Source of the DNA: Chitinophagaceae bacterium
GTDB lineage: Bacteria; Bacteroidota; Bacteroidia; Chitinophagales; Chitinophagaceae
Reading direction: 5' to 3'
Assembly (NCBI GenBank): GCA_016786805.1
Contig: JAEUVP010000557.1
Coordinates: 8,710 to 72,709 of the forward strand
DNA: 64,000 nucleotides
How positions within the stretch are numbered: position 1 is the first letter of the stretch; each line of letters opens with the position of its first letter. Under the pieces are notes generated by a model. It did no database searches and was not told the origin of the DNA. It saw only the letters and a list, made by a program, of their open reading frames with translations. A program made the translations under genes and the position numbers. Of this stretch, positions 28,825-38,846 are shown piece by piece.

Positions 28825-29124
28825 TTAAAACCCGCTTGGGGTATGATTAAACCCGGATAACCACAGGAGAAGAAGGTAACACAAGATGGGACAACAAAAA
28901 TTGAAAAGAAGCAGCCACCCGGAACTCTTCTGTCCGCTTTGTTTATACCGGTAAAATAAATAACCGGCGGCGATCAAAAGTACCAGGTTGATAAACGGGG
29001 CGATGGCAAATACCAATAAACCCGACTGTACCTTGTTCCTTGCCGAAAGTAGGAAATGATAAAAGACCACGTTGATAAAGATGCTGCACATCAGTAGTAA
29101 CAGATGTGATTCCTTTTTTTGCAT
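28825..29124 (-). CDS. small integral membrane protein
   Basis: Three hydrophobic helices. Last gene of a co-directional block. Confidence 0.4.
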   Translation of the reverse strand: MQKKESHLLLLMCSIFINVVFYHFLLSARNKVQSGLLVFAIAPFINLVLLIAAGYLFYRYKQSGQKSSGWLLLFNFCCPILCYLLLLWLSGFNHTPSGF

Positions 29125-29150
29125 GAAACAGATTTCACTTCAATAATATT

Positions 29151-30263
29151 TTACTCTCCCAGTAATTCCTTTAATTTTTGCCTGAGTTGTTCTCCACGCA
29201 GGTTTTTGGCAATGATCCTACCCTGCTTATCAATCAGGTAATTCGTGGGCATCTCGTATACACCATAGATCATGGCTGCCCTGTTATTAGAGCCTTTCAG
29301 ATCACTCACCTGCGGCCAGGGAAGTTTATCAGTAGCAATAGCTTTTTTCCACAAGGATTCTTTTTCATCCAGGGAAACACCAAGTATCTCAAACCCCTTA
29401 GCCTGGTATTGCTCATAAAGTTTCACCAGATCTGGGTTCTCTCTCCGGCAGGGAGCACAGGACGAACTCCAAAATTCGAGCAAAATGAAGTTGCCACTAA
29501 GATCGGAAAGGCAAGTGGTCTGACCAGTTGAGGAAGGCAAACAAAAATCAATAGAGTTATCACCCACAGATAAATCGGCATTCAGGTCAATAAATTCCTG
29601 GATCTGCCTTCCTGATACAGAAATTTTATGCTCCGGCGAAAGTAGATTATACAGTTCCTGGGTCTTGAAACGACCCCGGGTTGCTTTACCACCATTCACC
29701 CAGTTCAAACTCACAATAGAAGCTGGGTTAGCTTTAATGATAGCAGCTACGGCCAGTTGAATAGAATCTTTCAGCTGAACGATCCGCTGGTTGATCTCCG
29801 GGTCGAGGTCACCATATTTCCCACGCAGGCTGTCGATAATATTTCTCACCGGGTTTTCGGCTGCAAGCAATTGTTCAAAACAAATTTGTGAAGGGCTGCC
29901 CTTTAGGGTTGCATTTTTGAAATTTCCTTTGGTGCCATTGAAATAAGCAGGTTGTTGTTCTAACCAAATATATTTATAATCGCTGGCATCCTTTGTTCTG
30001 AGCAGCACATAGATGGCCTGCACATTGAAATCAATTTTCCGGGTAAAGGCAAATTGTCCGTTCATGATCAGGGCAGAATCCCTGAATGCCGGGGCATCAT
30101 ACTTCTCGAGGTATAGAATAGTACTGTCTTTGAAACCGCTGGCAGTCCCTGACAAGTACGGGGTACCGGGACCCTGCAGGGCCAGCAAATGATTGGGGTG
30201 GTTAATAGCCAAGACAAGAAAGCATAATAACTTTACTAATGAATAGAAGCTAAACTTTTTCAT
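29151..30263 (-). CDS. TlpA/ResA-like thiol-disulfide oxidoreductase
   Basis: Start moved to ATG 30263 (MKKFSFYSLVKLLCFLVLAINH signal). FILLEFWSSSCAPCRRENPDL (CxxC). The tracked 120-codon N-terminal extension overlaps the upstream gene. Confidence 0.85.
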   Translation of the reverse strand: MKKFSFYSLVKLLCFLVLAINHPNHLLALQGPGTPYLSGTASGFKDSTILYLEKYDAPAFRDSALIMNGQFAFTRKIDFNVQAIYVLLRTKDASDYKYIWLEQQPAYFNGTKGNFKNATLKGSPSQICFEQLLAAENPVRNIIDSLRGKYGDLDPEINQRIVQLKDSIQLAVAAIIKANPASIVSLNWVNGGKATRGRFKTQELYNLLSPEHKISVSGRQIQEFIDLNADLSVGDNSIDFCLPSSTGQTTCLSDLSGNFILLEFWSSSCAPCRRENPDLVKLYEQYQAKGFEILGVSLDEKESLWKKAIATDKLPWPQVSDLKGSNNRAAMIYGVYEMPTNYLIDKQGRIIAKNLRGEQLRQKLKELLGE

Positions 30264-30457
30264 ACCTGTTAAATAATTTAGTCTGCGCGCAATTTCGTAT
30301 TGCTTCCCTTTAAATGCATGCAAAAAAGTTTGAGAGTTTGGAACAAGCGCTGCATCCAACCATCTTTTTTCCATTTTCGTTGAAATAAAATACTTACTGG
30401 TAGACAAGAATGGGTAAAAACAACAGCTGTATGGATTTATATATTTGGCAGATACAT

Positions 30458-31183
30458 TCAATAAATGGCAATCGCCTGTTCTGTAGTTGGAAACCAATTC
30501 AGCAACCCTAACTTTTCCCGGCTCTGCCGGACAACCATATCCAGGTAAGAGGATATATAAGACGGTCCCTTTTCTGTAAGGGCAAGTAAGAGAAGGCAAT
30601 CCCTGGCTGCTTCGGCAGCCCATTCCCTTTTATCAGCGGAGAACAGATCATGTGCATCGTTTAAACGGGTCCGGGCTGCTTTCAGATCTCCATTCCATAA
30701 ATGAAGATGGCCTGTTTCAAAAAGATCCCATTCTCTTGCTCCCCAGTAAACACGTTTACCAAAACGGCTACGGCCAAAAATAGTGGTACGACGTGATTGC
30801 TTAATACCCTTACCGGACCCGGTGGCCTCAAAAAAAGGAAAAGCATAAACTTGTAAAAGCTGACTGATCTCATGAAAACTTGCCTGTAGTTGTTCGGGGC
30901 TGGCAGTATCCCACCATTTATCAACTTTCCCTTTACTGGCAAACTTATTCAAACGATTACCCGGTGTTAAAGTCAAAATATCAGTTGGATAAAAGAGCGG
31001 CCTGCTTACTATTTCGATGGTAAATGTTTCGCTAAACCGGTGTTCGTGAACATAAATAAGCTGGAATACATGATCGTTAGTAATGCGGGCAACTCCGCAA
31101 TCCTGATAGGGCGAAAAGCCCGCTTGCTTTGTATAGTTGTTAAGGAGTAAGTGAAATTGGGAAAGTAGTTCTTTGTTCTTCAT
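30458..31183 (-). CDS. hypothetical cytoplasmic protein (DUF4304-like by recollection)
   Basis: 241 aa, no signal peptide. 7 nt downstream of the preceding gene. Confidence 0.45.
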   Translation of the reverse strand: MKNKELLSQFHLLLNNYTKQAGFSPYQDCGVARITNDHVFQLIYVHEHRFSETFTIEIVSRPLFYPTDILTLTPGNRLNKFASKGKVDKWWDTASPEQLQASFHEISQLLQVYAFPFFEATGSGKGIKQSRRTTIFGRSRFGKRVYWGAREWDLFETGHLHLWNGDLKAARTRLNDAHDLFSADKREWAAEAARDCLLLLALTEKGPSYISSYLDMVVRQSREKLGLLNWFPTTEQAIAIY

Positions 31184-31190
31184 AGTAGGG

Positions 31191-31481
31191 TTATTGGAAA
31201 GCTAATGAACCATAACTACCCGGGTACCCTGCCTTTGCTTCTGCGATCATGATCAGGTCCCTGGGATCTCCATAAAATCCCGTATCAAATATTCGCTGGA
31301 CTTCATTGAAATTGCCCGCGGCGATAACCAGGATACTTCGTTGTAATTGTTCCATACCCACGGTAATGGCCTCCTGCGAAACAGACTGAAACAAATTTAT
31401 TACGGCCACCCGGTCAGTAATTCCGGTAATATCTTTCATGATCCTTTGCAGGATATCATCCTGCAGCAATTTCTTGTTCAT
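31191..31481 (-). CDS. hypothetical small protein (96 aa)
   Basis: ATGA start/stop overlap with the upstream gene (31478-31481). Confidence 0.45.
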   Translation of the reverse strand: MNKKLLQDDILQRIMKDITGITDRVAVINLFQSVSQEAITVGMEQLQRSILVIAAGNFNEVQRIFDTGFYGDPRDLIMIAEAKAGYPGSYGSLAFQ

Positions 31482-32926
31482 TGGTTCACAAACTTTAAAA
31501 GCCCCACCTGCCCATCAGAGCAAAGCAAGATCGTCCGGTCATGGATTATAGAAGAAGATAAAATAATGGGCATCGGTTTACCGGAATCATATCCATATAG
31601 CAGCTCCTTGTTATACTTGTTATCCTTTCCGATTGTTACAAGGAACAAACCATTCTTATCGTTTTTATTGGCAACATACTTAACCGTTTCCCCGGTAGCG
31701 GAAAGGTTTTCCTGCAGGTCATTATAAAGCAGGAACACTTTATCATCAATGAACGTACTCAGGATGGAAGGGTTATCAAAATCAAACTGCAGCTTTGGGA
31801 TGCGAACAGCAGTTCCTGAGTCTTTATCTTTGTTCAGCCGGATACAGGCGATATCATTATACATTTCCTTTTTTAAATATTGGCTGATGGTCTGCTGGTA
31901 TTGCTCAGCGACCAGCACCAACTCACCGGATTGCGATTCGTAAATATGACGGATAGTATAGGCCAGCCGGTCTTCAGCTTTAAGTTTTCCCTCCGGGTAC
32001 AAGCCATTGACGGTGGTAAATACAGAATCCGTATAATACAGGCCAGCGGGATCAAGACGATAGAGAAAAAGATCAGCGCTGCTGGTGCGGCTTGCCATGA
32101 CATCTTCGTCATAAGACAATCCTGCAATATAAACCGCATCTTTATCTTCCTGGATAATATCAATACCCGGTACATATTTGCCGGGAAATGAAATGGTAAA
32201 GTTGGCGGAAGCACCTGCCGGAGAAAATACCCTGATAGAATGAATACCTTTACTTTTCCCGCTAAATTTACTGCCGGTCCGCTGGTAGCTGATATTTTGA
32301 AAATAAGCATTCCCCAAATTGTCAACCTGTATTGCGTCAGTGGTTTCCAGTGTGTAATTATAAGAAAATGTCCCGCTGTAAAGCAGTTCGCTGGTTTTAG
32401 TAGATAGCACAACAAAATCCCGGTCAACTATTTTCGTCTTTCGGTGGAAATAAAAATTGCAGACCAGTAATTTGCTGCGGTCTGAAGAATAAAAAGCCTG
32501 GACGAAACTGGTGGGACCCGCTTTCATAGAGCTGACAGCAATACTACCCATAGAAAGGATCACGGAATCCTTTTTATTGTCAAACAGGTACTGGAAATGG
32601 ACCAGGCCCGTATCCGAAACGAACGAAAGCAGGAATTGGGCAGGATGATCGCTGGTACCGAAGGACATCATCCGCTCATCGTTTAATCGCAATCCGGGGC
32701 TAAACTGGCGGACGACAACTTCATTGTTCCCCTTACTTTGCAGCACATATAAACTACTGTCCTTAGATCCTGCAAACCGGGAATCACCTTTTGCTTTGAA
32801 TGGGTCAGACCAGCTGAAGAGGGGTATTTGTGCATAGCCTGGTTGCCCGGGTAAAAGAAGTAGCACGTAAATAGAGAAGCAAATGAACCTTTTACAACTG
32901 ATCTTTCGAAATTTAATTTGGTACAT
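31478..32926 (-). CDS. secreted hypothetical protein (482 aa)
   Basis: Signal peptide FICFSIYVLLLLPGQPGYAQ. No motif recognised. Confidence 0.55.
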   Translation of the reverse strand: MYQIKFRKISCKRFICFSIYVLLLLPGQPGYAQIPLFSWSDPFKAKGDSRFAGSKDSSLYVLQSKGNNEVVVRQFSPGLRLNDERMMSFGTSDHPAQFLLSFVSDTGLVHFQYLFDNKKDSVILSMGSIAVSSMKAGPTSFVQAFYSSDRSKLLVCNFYFHRKTKIVDRDFVVLSTKTSELLYSGTFSYNYTLETTDAIQVDNLGNAYFQNISYQRTGSKFSGKSKGIHSIRVFSPAGASANFTISFPGKYVPGIDIIQEDKDAVYIAGLSYDEDVMASRTSSADLFLYRLDPAGLYYTDSVFTTVNGLYPEGKLKAEDRLAYTIRHIYESQSGELVLVAEQYQQTISQYLKKEMYNDIACIRLNKDKDSGTAVRIPKLQFDFDNPSILSTFIDDKVFLLYNDLQENLSATGETVKYVANKNDKNGLFLVTIGKDNKYNKELLYGYDSGKPMPIILSSSIIHDRTILLCSDGQVGLLKFVNQ

Positions 32927-32958
32927 AAAAAATTGGATTACAACCGCACGAAACTTTT

Positions 32959-33717
32959 TTACCGGGCACGGAATAATTGAATGGTATAATCAAGCAAATT
33001 TTGATTACCATATTCACCATGTCCGGGAACCACCACTTTCACTTCCGGGTAATGTTTTTTGATTTTATCAACGGTTCCGGGCCAGTCCTTTTCATTGGCA
33101 TCACCTAAATACCCTTTGCTGGCCTCCAGCTCTTTGATCAAACAACCCCCGAACAATACCTGTTCAGCGGGATAATAGCACACCACATTATCTTTAGTAT
33201 GTCCTTCTCCAAAAAAATTGGCAATAATATTTTCATCGCCCACTTTTAAAGAAAGAGAATCCGGGAAACTATTCCGGGGAACAACATAATTGTTCGCTTC
33301 CGCCAGTTCAATGGTTTTGCTGAAAGCATAGGAAGGAATATTATTATCATGAAAAGCTTGCAGTCCGCCCAGGCAATCATCATGAAAATGGGTGGGAATA
33401 ATAGCATTAATTTTACATTGCAGGGTTTGTTGTATCCAATGGATCAGTTCAGCTGCGGAACTGTCCTTAGTGGGTGTGTCAAATACAATGGTCTCATTCC
33501 CGTTTCGCACAACAAGACCGTTACAGGGAACATTCCCAAAATCATTGGTTTGCTTATAGGAAGTATGTTGAAAAGTACTTTCCGTGAGTTGTGTGATGAT
33601 TAATGTGCTGGTCTTATAAACCTCCCGGGGCTGAAAGGCAGTTTGCTTTTTTGATTGGCAATTAAAAAAGATAATGGAAAGGGCAATAGCAAAGAAGAAA
33701 ACTTGGACTGGTCTCAT
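32959..33717 (-). CDS. subclass B1 metallo-beta-lactamase
   Basis: Lipoprotein-type signal (IIFFNC). All B1 zinc ligands are present: HFHDD (H116/H118/D120), GEGHTKDN (H196), LFGGCLIKE (C221), VVPGHGEYG (H263). Confidence 0.9.
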   Translation of the reverse strand: MRPVQVFFFAIALSIIFFNCQSKKQTAFQPREVYKTSTLIITQLTESTFQHTSYKQTNDFGNVPCNGLVVRNGNETIVFDTPTKDSSAAELIHWIQQTLQCKINAIIPTHFHDDCLGGLQAFHDNNIPSYAFSKTIELAEANNYVVPRNSFPDSLSLKVGDENIIANFFGEGHTKDNVVCYYPAEQVLFGGCLIKELEASKGYLGDANEKDWPGTVDKIKKHYPEVKVVVPGHGEYGNQNLLDYTIQLFRAR

Positions 33718-33769
33718 TATAATTCAGCTTTTAAAAAAAATTGTGGATAACATTGAAAATAATTTCCCG

Positions 33770-35065
33770 CTACCGGGTCTTCTTAAGTTTAACAGCTACA
33801 GTTTCCCCCTCCTTACTGATGGTCACGACCTTCTTAATACTGGCGGCAGCATTGGTGGCATACGTATTCACTTGGGTATTCGCGCTTGTTCCCTGGAACA
33901 TACCATTAATATAAGTATCGGTATAACCCACCACTTCAGTCCGGTGAGAAGTATGGACATAGCCAAACTCTGTATACAACAGGTAATCCCCGGGCATTAA
34001 ATTCACAAACTCAAAGTTGCCTTTATCATCATAGACCGTTGCCACCTTAATACAGGCAGCTGCCTCCTTGGGAAGGGGTATGGACCTGCCTTTCTTGCGG
34101 GAAGCTTCATTTAATTTGATCCATTCCTTAAAAAATGGCGTATAGGGGATCAGCACGATCGTGGTACCTTGTCGTGCATACTGTTTCTTATTAATATTCA
34201 GTACCGCCATTCCTTTCAGCAACCCTTCATTTTCATTATCCCTAGCAAAAGCCTGCCCGCTGATGACCGCATTGCCACCGGTGATGAGTTGCAGGGTTTC
34301 CTCCTTATTGAAGGGTTTGGTGAAAGGGTTAAAATCGATCTCCTTATTGAGCAGCAGCAAATTTTGGTTTCCTGATCGAATTTCAATTTTCCATATCCTC
34401 CGGTCAACTTTGTCAATATAATATTCATATTGATCATTGGTTGCTTCTTCCAGCACACTAACTTGCCAGACTTTGTGCTCACCGGTAAGCTGGCTAACAT
34501 ACAAATTAGTTTTCACCGACTGGATCCTGGCTAACTTCACATGATCGGAACGACCCGGTTTATATTCATATACAGGCAGATCTTTCTTATACCCGGAACT
34601 GAGTGGCAATAAGCTCAGGAGATAGGGATAAGTATAGCTTTCAAAAAAGCTGTTGCCAGCCGCTTCCTTTATGGCTTCCTTTTTCTTATTCTTTTTGTCG
34701 TAGTAATAACCGGACACATCCTGTCCAAACCGGAGTACATATTCTTTCTCATTGCTGAAAGATGACCGGTAGATGGGTTTAAACGTACCAGCTTCAGAAA
34801 CGGCAGTATCGGTCCATTGATCTTCAGAGTACAAGGACTTCAAATGGGTATAGACAGAAACTGTTTTTGGGGTGGCATGTATATCATAGGCAAAGGAATA
34901 AAGTTCTGCCCATTTATTTTCATTCCATACATAATACCCCATCTCTGTCCTGCCGCTGCGTAACCATTTCTTGTCAAAATCAGCCGCACCTGCCGTAAGG
35001 GCTTGTTGGCCAACCGCAGGTAGCCACAATAGGTACAACATTAAAAAGGAGAAAATATTTTTCAT
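33770..35065 (-). CDS. secreted hypothetical protein
   Basis: Start moved to ATG 35065 (MKNIFSFLMLYLLWLPAVGQQ signal). The C-terminal part has a carboxypeptidase-regulatory-like strand pattern (DDKGNFEFVNLMPGDYLLY). Confidence 0.55.
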   Translation of the reverse strand: MKNIFSFLMLYLLWLPAVGQQALTAGAADFDKKWLRSGRTEMGYYVWNENKWAELYSFAYDIHATPKTVSVYTHLKSLYSEDQWTDTAVSEAGTFKPIYRSSFSNEKEYVLRFGQDVSGYYYDKKNKKKEAIKEAAGNSFFESYTYPYLLSLLPLSSGYKKDLPVYEYKPGRSDHVKLARIQSVKTNLYVSQLTGEHKVWQVSVLEEATNDQYEYYIDKVDRRIWKIEIRSGNQNLLLLNKEIDFNPFTKPFNKEETLQLITGGNAVISGQAFARDNENEGLLKGMAVLNINKKQYARQGTTIVLIPYTPFFKEWIKLNEASRKKGRSIPLPKEAAACIKVATVYDDKGNFEFVNLMPGDYLLYTEFGYVHTSHRTEVVGYTDTYINGMFQGTSANTQVNTYATNAAASIKKVVTISKEGETVAVKLKKTR

Positions 35066-35266
35066 ACATCCGGAATTTGAATTCCTGTAAACAGTAACCA
35101 GTCCCCCACTCCACTGGTCTGTCCCCGATGAACCGGGGTACTGGCTATACAGACTACAAAGGAACAAATTAAGTTGTGCCACCTGGAACATGGTCTACAG
35201 AAACACTATTATTGCATACGAAATACATAGGATGGTCTATCCAATACCGTGCAGGCATTAAAAAAT

Positions 35267-37324
35267 TTATTTTTTACGCTCCGCCCTCACTTTCCCATTG
35301 GGCTGCTGCAGGATCAATGCAGTCACTTCTTCTTTATCGTTACTTTCAAATTGCACACTGAATCCACGGACCCCTTTAATAGTAAACTCATCTTTATTGC
35401 CGGGGACCAGGGTATAGGCAGGCTGACCGGGCAGTTGGGCGATAAGCTGTTCAGCTTTGATAAATACGCTGACCACTTGCCCGGATAATAAATATTCACC
35501 TACGTATCGTTGAATTTTTCCTTCAACATTACCAGCGACCTTTTCTGTTTCCTTCCCGGCTATGATCCGGTTCACCTTAAATGCACCGTTGGGTTGTATG
35601 AAAGAACCCGAATTGATATTCCCCGATGCATCACGGTCAAATTTTATGCTGACTCCTTTTATGCCTTTCAGCGTGAACAGGTCCTGTTCCTGGAAGATCA
35701 TTTCATATTCGGGTTGTCCCGGCACCAGGGCCTTTAGAATACCGGCCTCGCTGAGAAACACTTTTACCACACTGCCGTTAAAATCATATTCCCCGGTATA
35801 CTTTTTCAGGTCATCTGTCTTTGCAATGGCTGTTCGTTGCTTAAGGAAGATAATATCTTTTATCCCGCTTTCAAAGGGTACCTTTAAAGAACTGATATTC
35901 CCATCGGCATCAATGCTGAATTCACCATCCATGGCCTCACTCCCATCAAAAGCAGCATCATCAATGGTAATAGTATAGTAGTTATAATGTTTATGCTGCA
36001 ATTTCAGGTTCCACCGGTTGAACCTGCCGGTCAGTTTATTATTGTCTGCCTGGATGGAAATAGTTCCATATCCTTCATGTTTATATACACCTGCATAAGC
36101 GCTTAGTGGATGGGTCGGGGTACCTTGTTTGGAATTATTTATTACGACAGCTGAATTTCCTCCTGCCTGCATTTTGATCAAGCTGTTCCAGTCAAGGTAG
36201 GGGGCGTTGATCATCCTGTCGAGGATCAGGTTACTCAATACCCGGGTGGCGGGAGAATTGTTTTGATTGACGCAAACAAATACACCGATACTGTCGGTAG
36301 GCAAAAAAGTAACAAAGCTGCTGAACCCATTAATGTTGCCGCCATGACCCACACCATAATGTCCGCGGTAACTGGCAGTATACCATCCGAGTCCATAATT
36401 AAAAAAATAAAAATCGGGAACCTGTTTGATGGGCAAATTAGCGGAAGCGATCATCTGCGAACTGATCGCCTGCTGGTAAAAGGAAAAAGGAATGATTTCT
36501 TTCCCGTTCAATTTTCCCTGGTTGGTCCAGAGGAGTAACCAGTTAGCCATATCCTTTGCGGTAGACACAACAGCACCTGCAGGTGCAATGCCCTGTAGAT
36601 TTTCCGGCAGGAAACCTAATGGCTGAATTGAATGGTCCCTGTAAACATAGCCGTAAGAGAAATCACCTTCCTTGTTAAAGTTACCCGTAGTGGAACGGCT
36701 CATACCCAGCGGGGTAAAAAATTTTTCCATTATTTGTTTTTCCCAGGACTTCCCGCTTAACTTTTCAGCCAGGCTTCCCAGGGCAGCATACATATAATTA
36801 TTGTACTGGAAAGATTGCCGGAGGGGTGCACTGGGTTCGAGATAACGCAGCAGGTACAATAAACTATCCCGGCTCCCGGTATTACCGCTGTACCAGGAAT
36901 AATCATGACGGGGTAACCCGGTACGGTGACAAAGCATATCCCTTACCGTGATCTGCGAACTGAGTTCGGGTGTAAAGAATTTAAGCGAGGGCAAATAGTT
37001 GGTAACAGGTACATCCAGGTCAAGTACACCTTCCTGCTGGATCGTACCGATCAGGGAAGCAGTAAATGCTTTGGTACAACTACCGATAGCAAACTGGGTA
37101 TTCTCAGTGACCGGTTTATTATTGACCACATCTCTTGATCCATATCCCCGGGTCAGCAACACTTTGTTTTTTTCCACCACCGCAATAGAAACACCGGGTA
37201 CATTCCATTCTTTCAAGATCCGCTGGATCATCGTATCAAGGCCTTTCAGCCGGTTGTCTTGTTTTTGTGCGTTGGCCGCAAAAGTCAAAGATGCCAGCAA
37301 CGCTGCACTGAATAATCGTCTCAT
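35267..37324 (-). CDS. serine hydrolase (beta-lactamase family) with three C-terminal ~85-aa repeats (DUF3471-like)
   Basis: Signal peptide. SxxK (AIGSCTKAFTA), YxN (QYNNYMY), HGG (GVGHGGN). C-terminal repeats start YAGVYKHEGYG.., YTGEYDFNGSV.., YVGEYLLSGQV.. Confidence 0.85.
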   Translation of the reverse strand: MRRLFSAALLASLTFAANAQKQDNRLKGLDTMIQRILKEWNVPGVSIAVVEKNKVLLTRGYGSRDVVNNKPVTENTQFAIGSCTKAFTASLIGTIQQEGVLDLDVPVTNYLPSLKFFTPELSSQITVRDMLCHRTGLPRHDYSWYSGNTGSRDSLLYLLRYLEPSAPLRQSFQYNNYMYAALGSLAEKLSGKSWEKQIMEKFFTPLGMSRSTTGNFNKEGDFSYGYVYRDHSIQPLGFLPENLQGIAPAGAVVSTAKDMANWLLLWTNQGKLNGKEIIPFSFYQQAISSQMIASANLPIKQVPDFYFFNYGLGWYTASYRGHYGVGHGGNINGFSSFVTFLPTDSIGVFVCVNQNNSPATRVLSNLILDRMINAPYLDWNSLIKMQAGGNSAVVINNSKQGTPTHPLSAYAGVYKHEGYGTISIQADNNKLTGRFNRWNLKLQHKHYNYYTITIDDAAFDGSEAMDGEFSIDADGNISSLKVPFESGIKDIIFLKQRTAIAKTDDLKKYTGEYDFNGSVVKVFLSEAGILKALVPGQPEYEMIFQEQDLFTLKGIKGVSIKFDRDASGNINSGSFIQPNGAFKVNRIIAGKETEKVAGNVEGKIQRYVGEYLLSGQVVSVFIKAEQLIAQLPGQPAYTLVPGNKDEFTIKGVRGFSVQFESNDKEEVTALILQQPNGKVRAERKK

Positions 37325-37478
37325 AATTTTATTTTCAGCAAAATTGCCGCGGTACGATGGCAGGGAGGTAGCACTTTATAAGAAGCAGCCAAATTTTAAA
37401 CAACTGGTTATCAATTGTATTAAGAAGTAACACCCGGGGAATTCGTCCTTACTTATAAGATGACACGCTACATATATA

Positions 37479-38660
37479 TTATACAGGCGATGAGGGGGAC
37501 CGGCCGGGAAGCTGGGCCAGGTATTCGGTGGGTGATTGTCCCATGATCTTTTTGAAATTCTTATTAAACGAGGACTTGGAATTAAAACCACAATCCATAG
37601 CAATGCTCATTAAAGTAAATTGTTCCTGCCCCGGTAATTCAACTAATCGTTTAAACTCCTCCACCCGCAGGAAATTGATATAATCAAAAAAGGATTTCCC
37701 CTCTTTTGCGTTGATCACCTGGGACAAGTAATTCGGGTGGACCTCCAGTTTGGCGGCGAGCATGGAAAGTGAAAGTTCGGGTTCTGTATACAACTTCTCT
37801 GCGGTCATAGTACGGGTAAGCTTTTCATAAATCAGGTCGGCTGCTTCCGGGTTCAGGCCTGAACTGCTGTATTTTTTGCTAACTTTTTCCTGCACTGGAT
37901 TGACAGCAACAGTTACAACAGGTGAAATAGTTGGCCCGGTGCTCACTTCTTCCTCGGCCGGTAGTTGTTCCGGTACAACTTGCCTTGGATTTTTGGGACC
38001 AAAGATCCCCACCTGTTTGATACCAAAATAACCAAACAGGACGACAAAGATCACCACCGCACTGAAGATGAAGGAATCCTTTTTGACGAAGATGATAATC
38101 ATCCAAACAGCGAGCAATGCATAAATATGGTAGCGCAACCAGTTCAGGTTGATCCGCTCCTCATAGGAGAACAGGTCCCCGATATTTTTTTTATGTCTCC
38201 TTAACAGCAGGAAGCACCAGGCCACATAAGCAACACCCGAGACCCGCATCAGCCAGCCGGCAATGATCATAAATTCAGTATAATCCCGGCCTTTGTTGTT
38301 AAACACTTCCATCTTTTCAGCTGCACTCAGGGAAAAAAAAGGAATCGCCAGCACCAGGATCACAGCAGCCGGTAAAAAATGAAGCAACAACCATTTCCTG
38401 TTCACTGGCAATAACTGAGTAACAGCAGCGGTATATAAATAGAGGAAGGGTCCGTGCAAAAATGGAAAGGGCATACCTAAACCCATCTGGTGAATGTTAT
38501 TGATCGATATCGGCTGCTGGCTTAACACATAAAGCGACAAATGACAACCGATAACAAATAACCAACCAGCCAATATTTGATCAGCAAAAGATTTATTCTT
38601 TTTAGAAAGCAGCAAGACCAGTAAAAACAGGTTGAGCCCAACCCCGAAAAAATAAAACAT
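37479..38660 (-). CDS. membrane-anchored AraC-family transcriptional regulator
   Basis: Start set at ATG 38660 (MFYFFGVGLNLFLLVLLLSKKNKSFADQIL), which aligns with its paralogs. C-terminal AraC HTH (CGFNSKSSFNKNFKKIMGQSPTEY). Confidence 0.85.
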   Translation of the reverse strand: MFYFFGVGLNLFLLVLLLSKKNKSFADQILAGWLFVIGCHLSLYVLSQQPISINNIHQMGLGMPFPFLHGPFLYLYTAAVTQLLPVNRKWLLLHFLPAAVILVLAIPFFSLSAAEKMEVFNNKGRDYTEFMIIAGWLMRVSGVAYVAWCFLLLRRHKKNIGDLFSYEERINLNWLRYHIYALLAVWMIIIFVKKDSFIFSAVVIFVVLFGYFGIKQVGIFGPKNPRQVVPEQLPAEEEVSTGPTISPVVTVAVNPVQEKVSKKYSSSGLNPEAADLIYEKLTRTMTAEKLYTEPELSLSMLAAKLEVHPNYLSQVINAKEGKSFFDYINFLRVEEFKRLVELPGQEQFTLMSIAMDCGFNSKSSFNKNFKKIMGQSPTEYLAQLPGRSPSSPV

Positions 38661-38846
38661 ATGCCCGCAGATAAATGCCGGTAAAAATACCAAAAAGAAC
38701 TTAACACTTGTCAGTTAATACTTTGCTCATTATATTACAGCATTACACTTCGGCCTTAATTTTCCCAGATGTTGATCTATATATTTTTTCAATTACTGGT
38801 AACAATCCTGATCGGTAATGATTACTTTACAATGCTAAATGACTAA

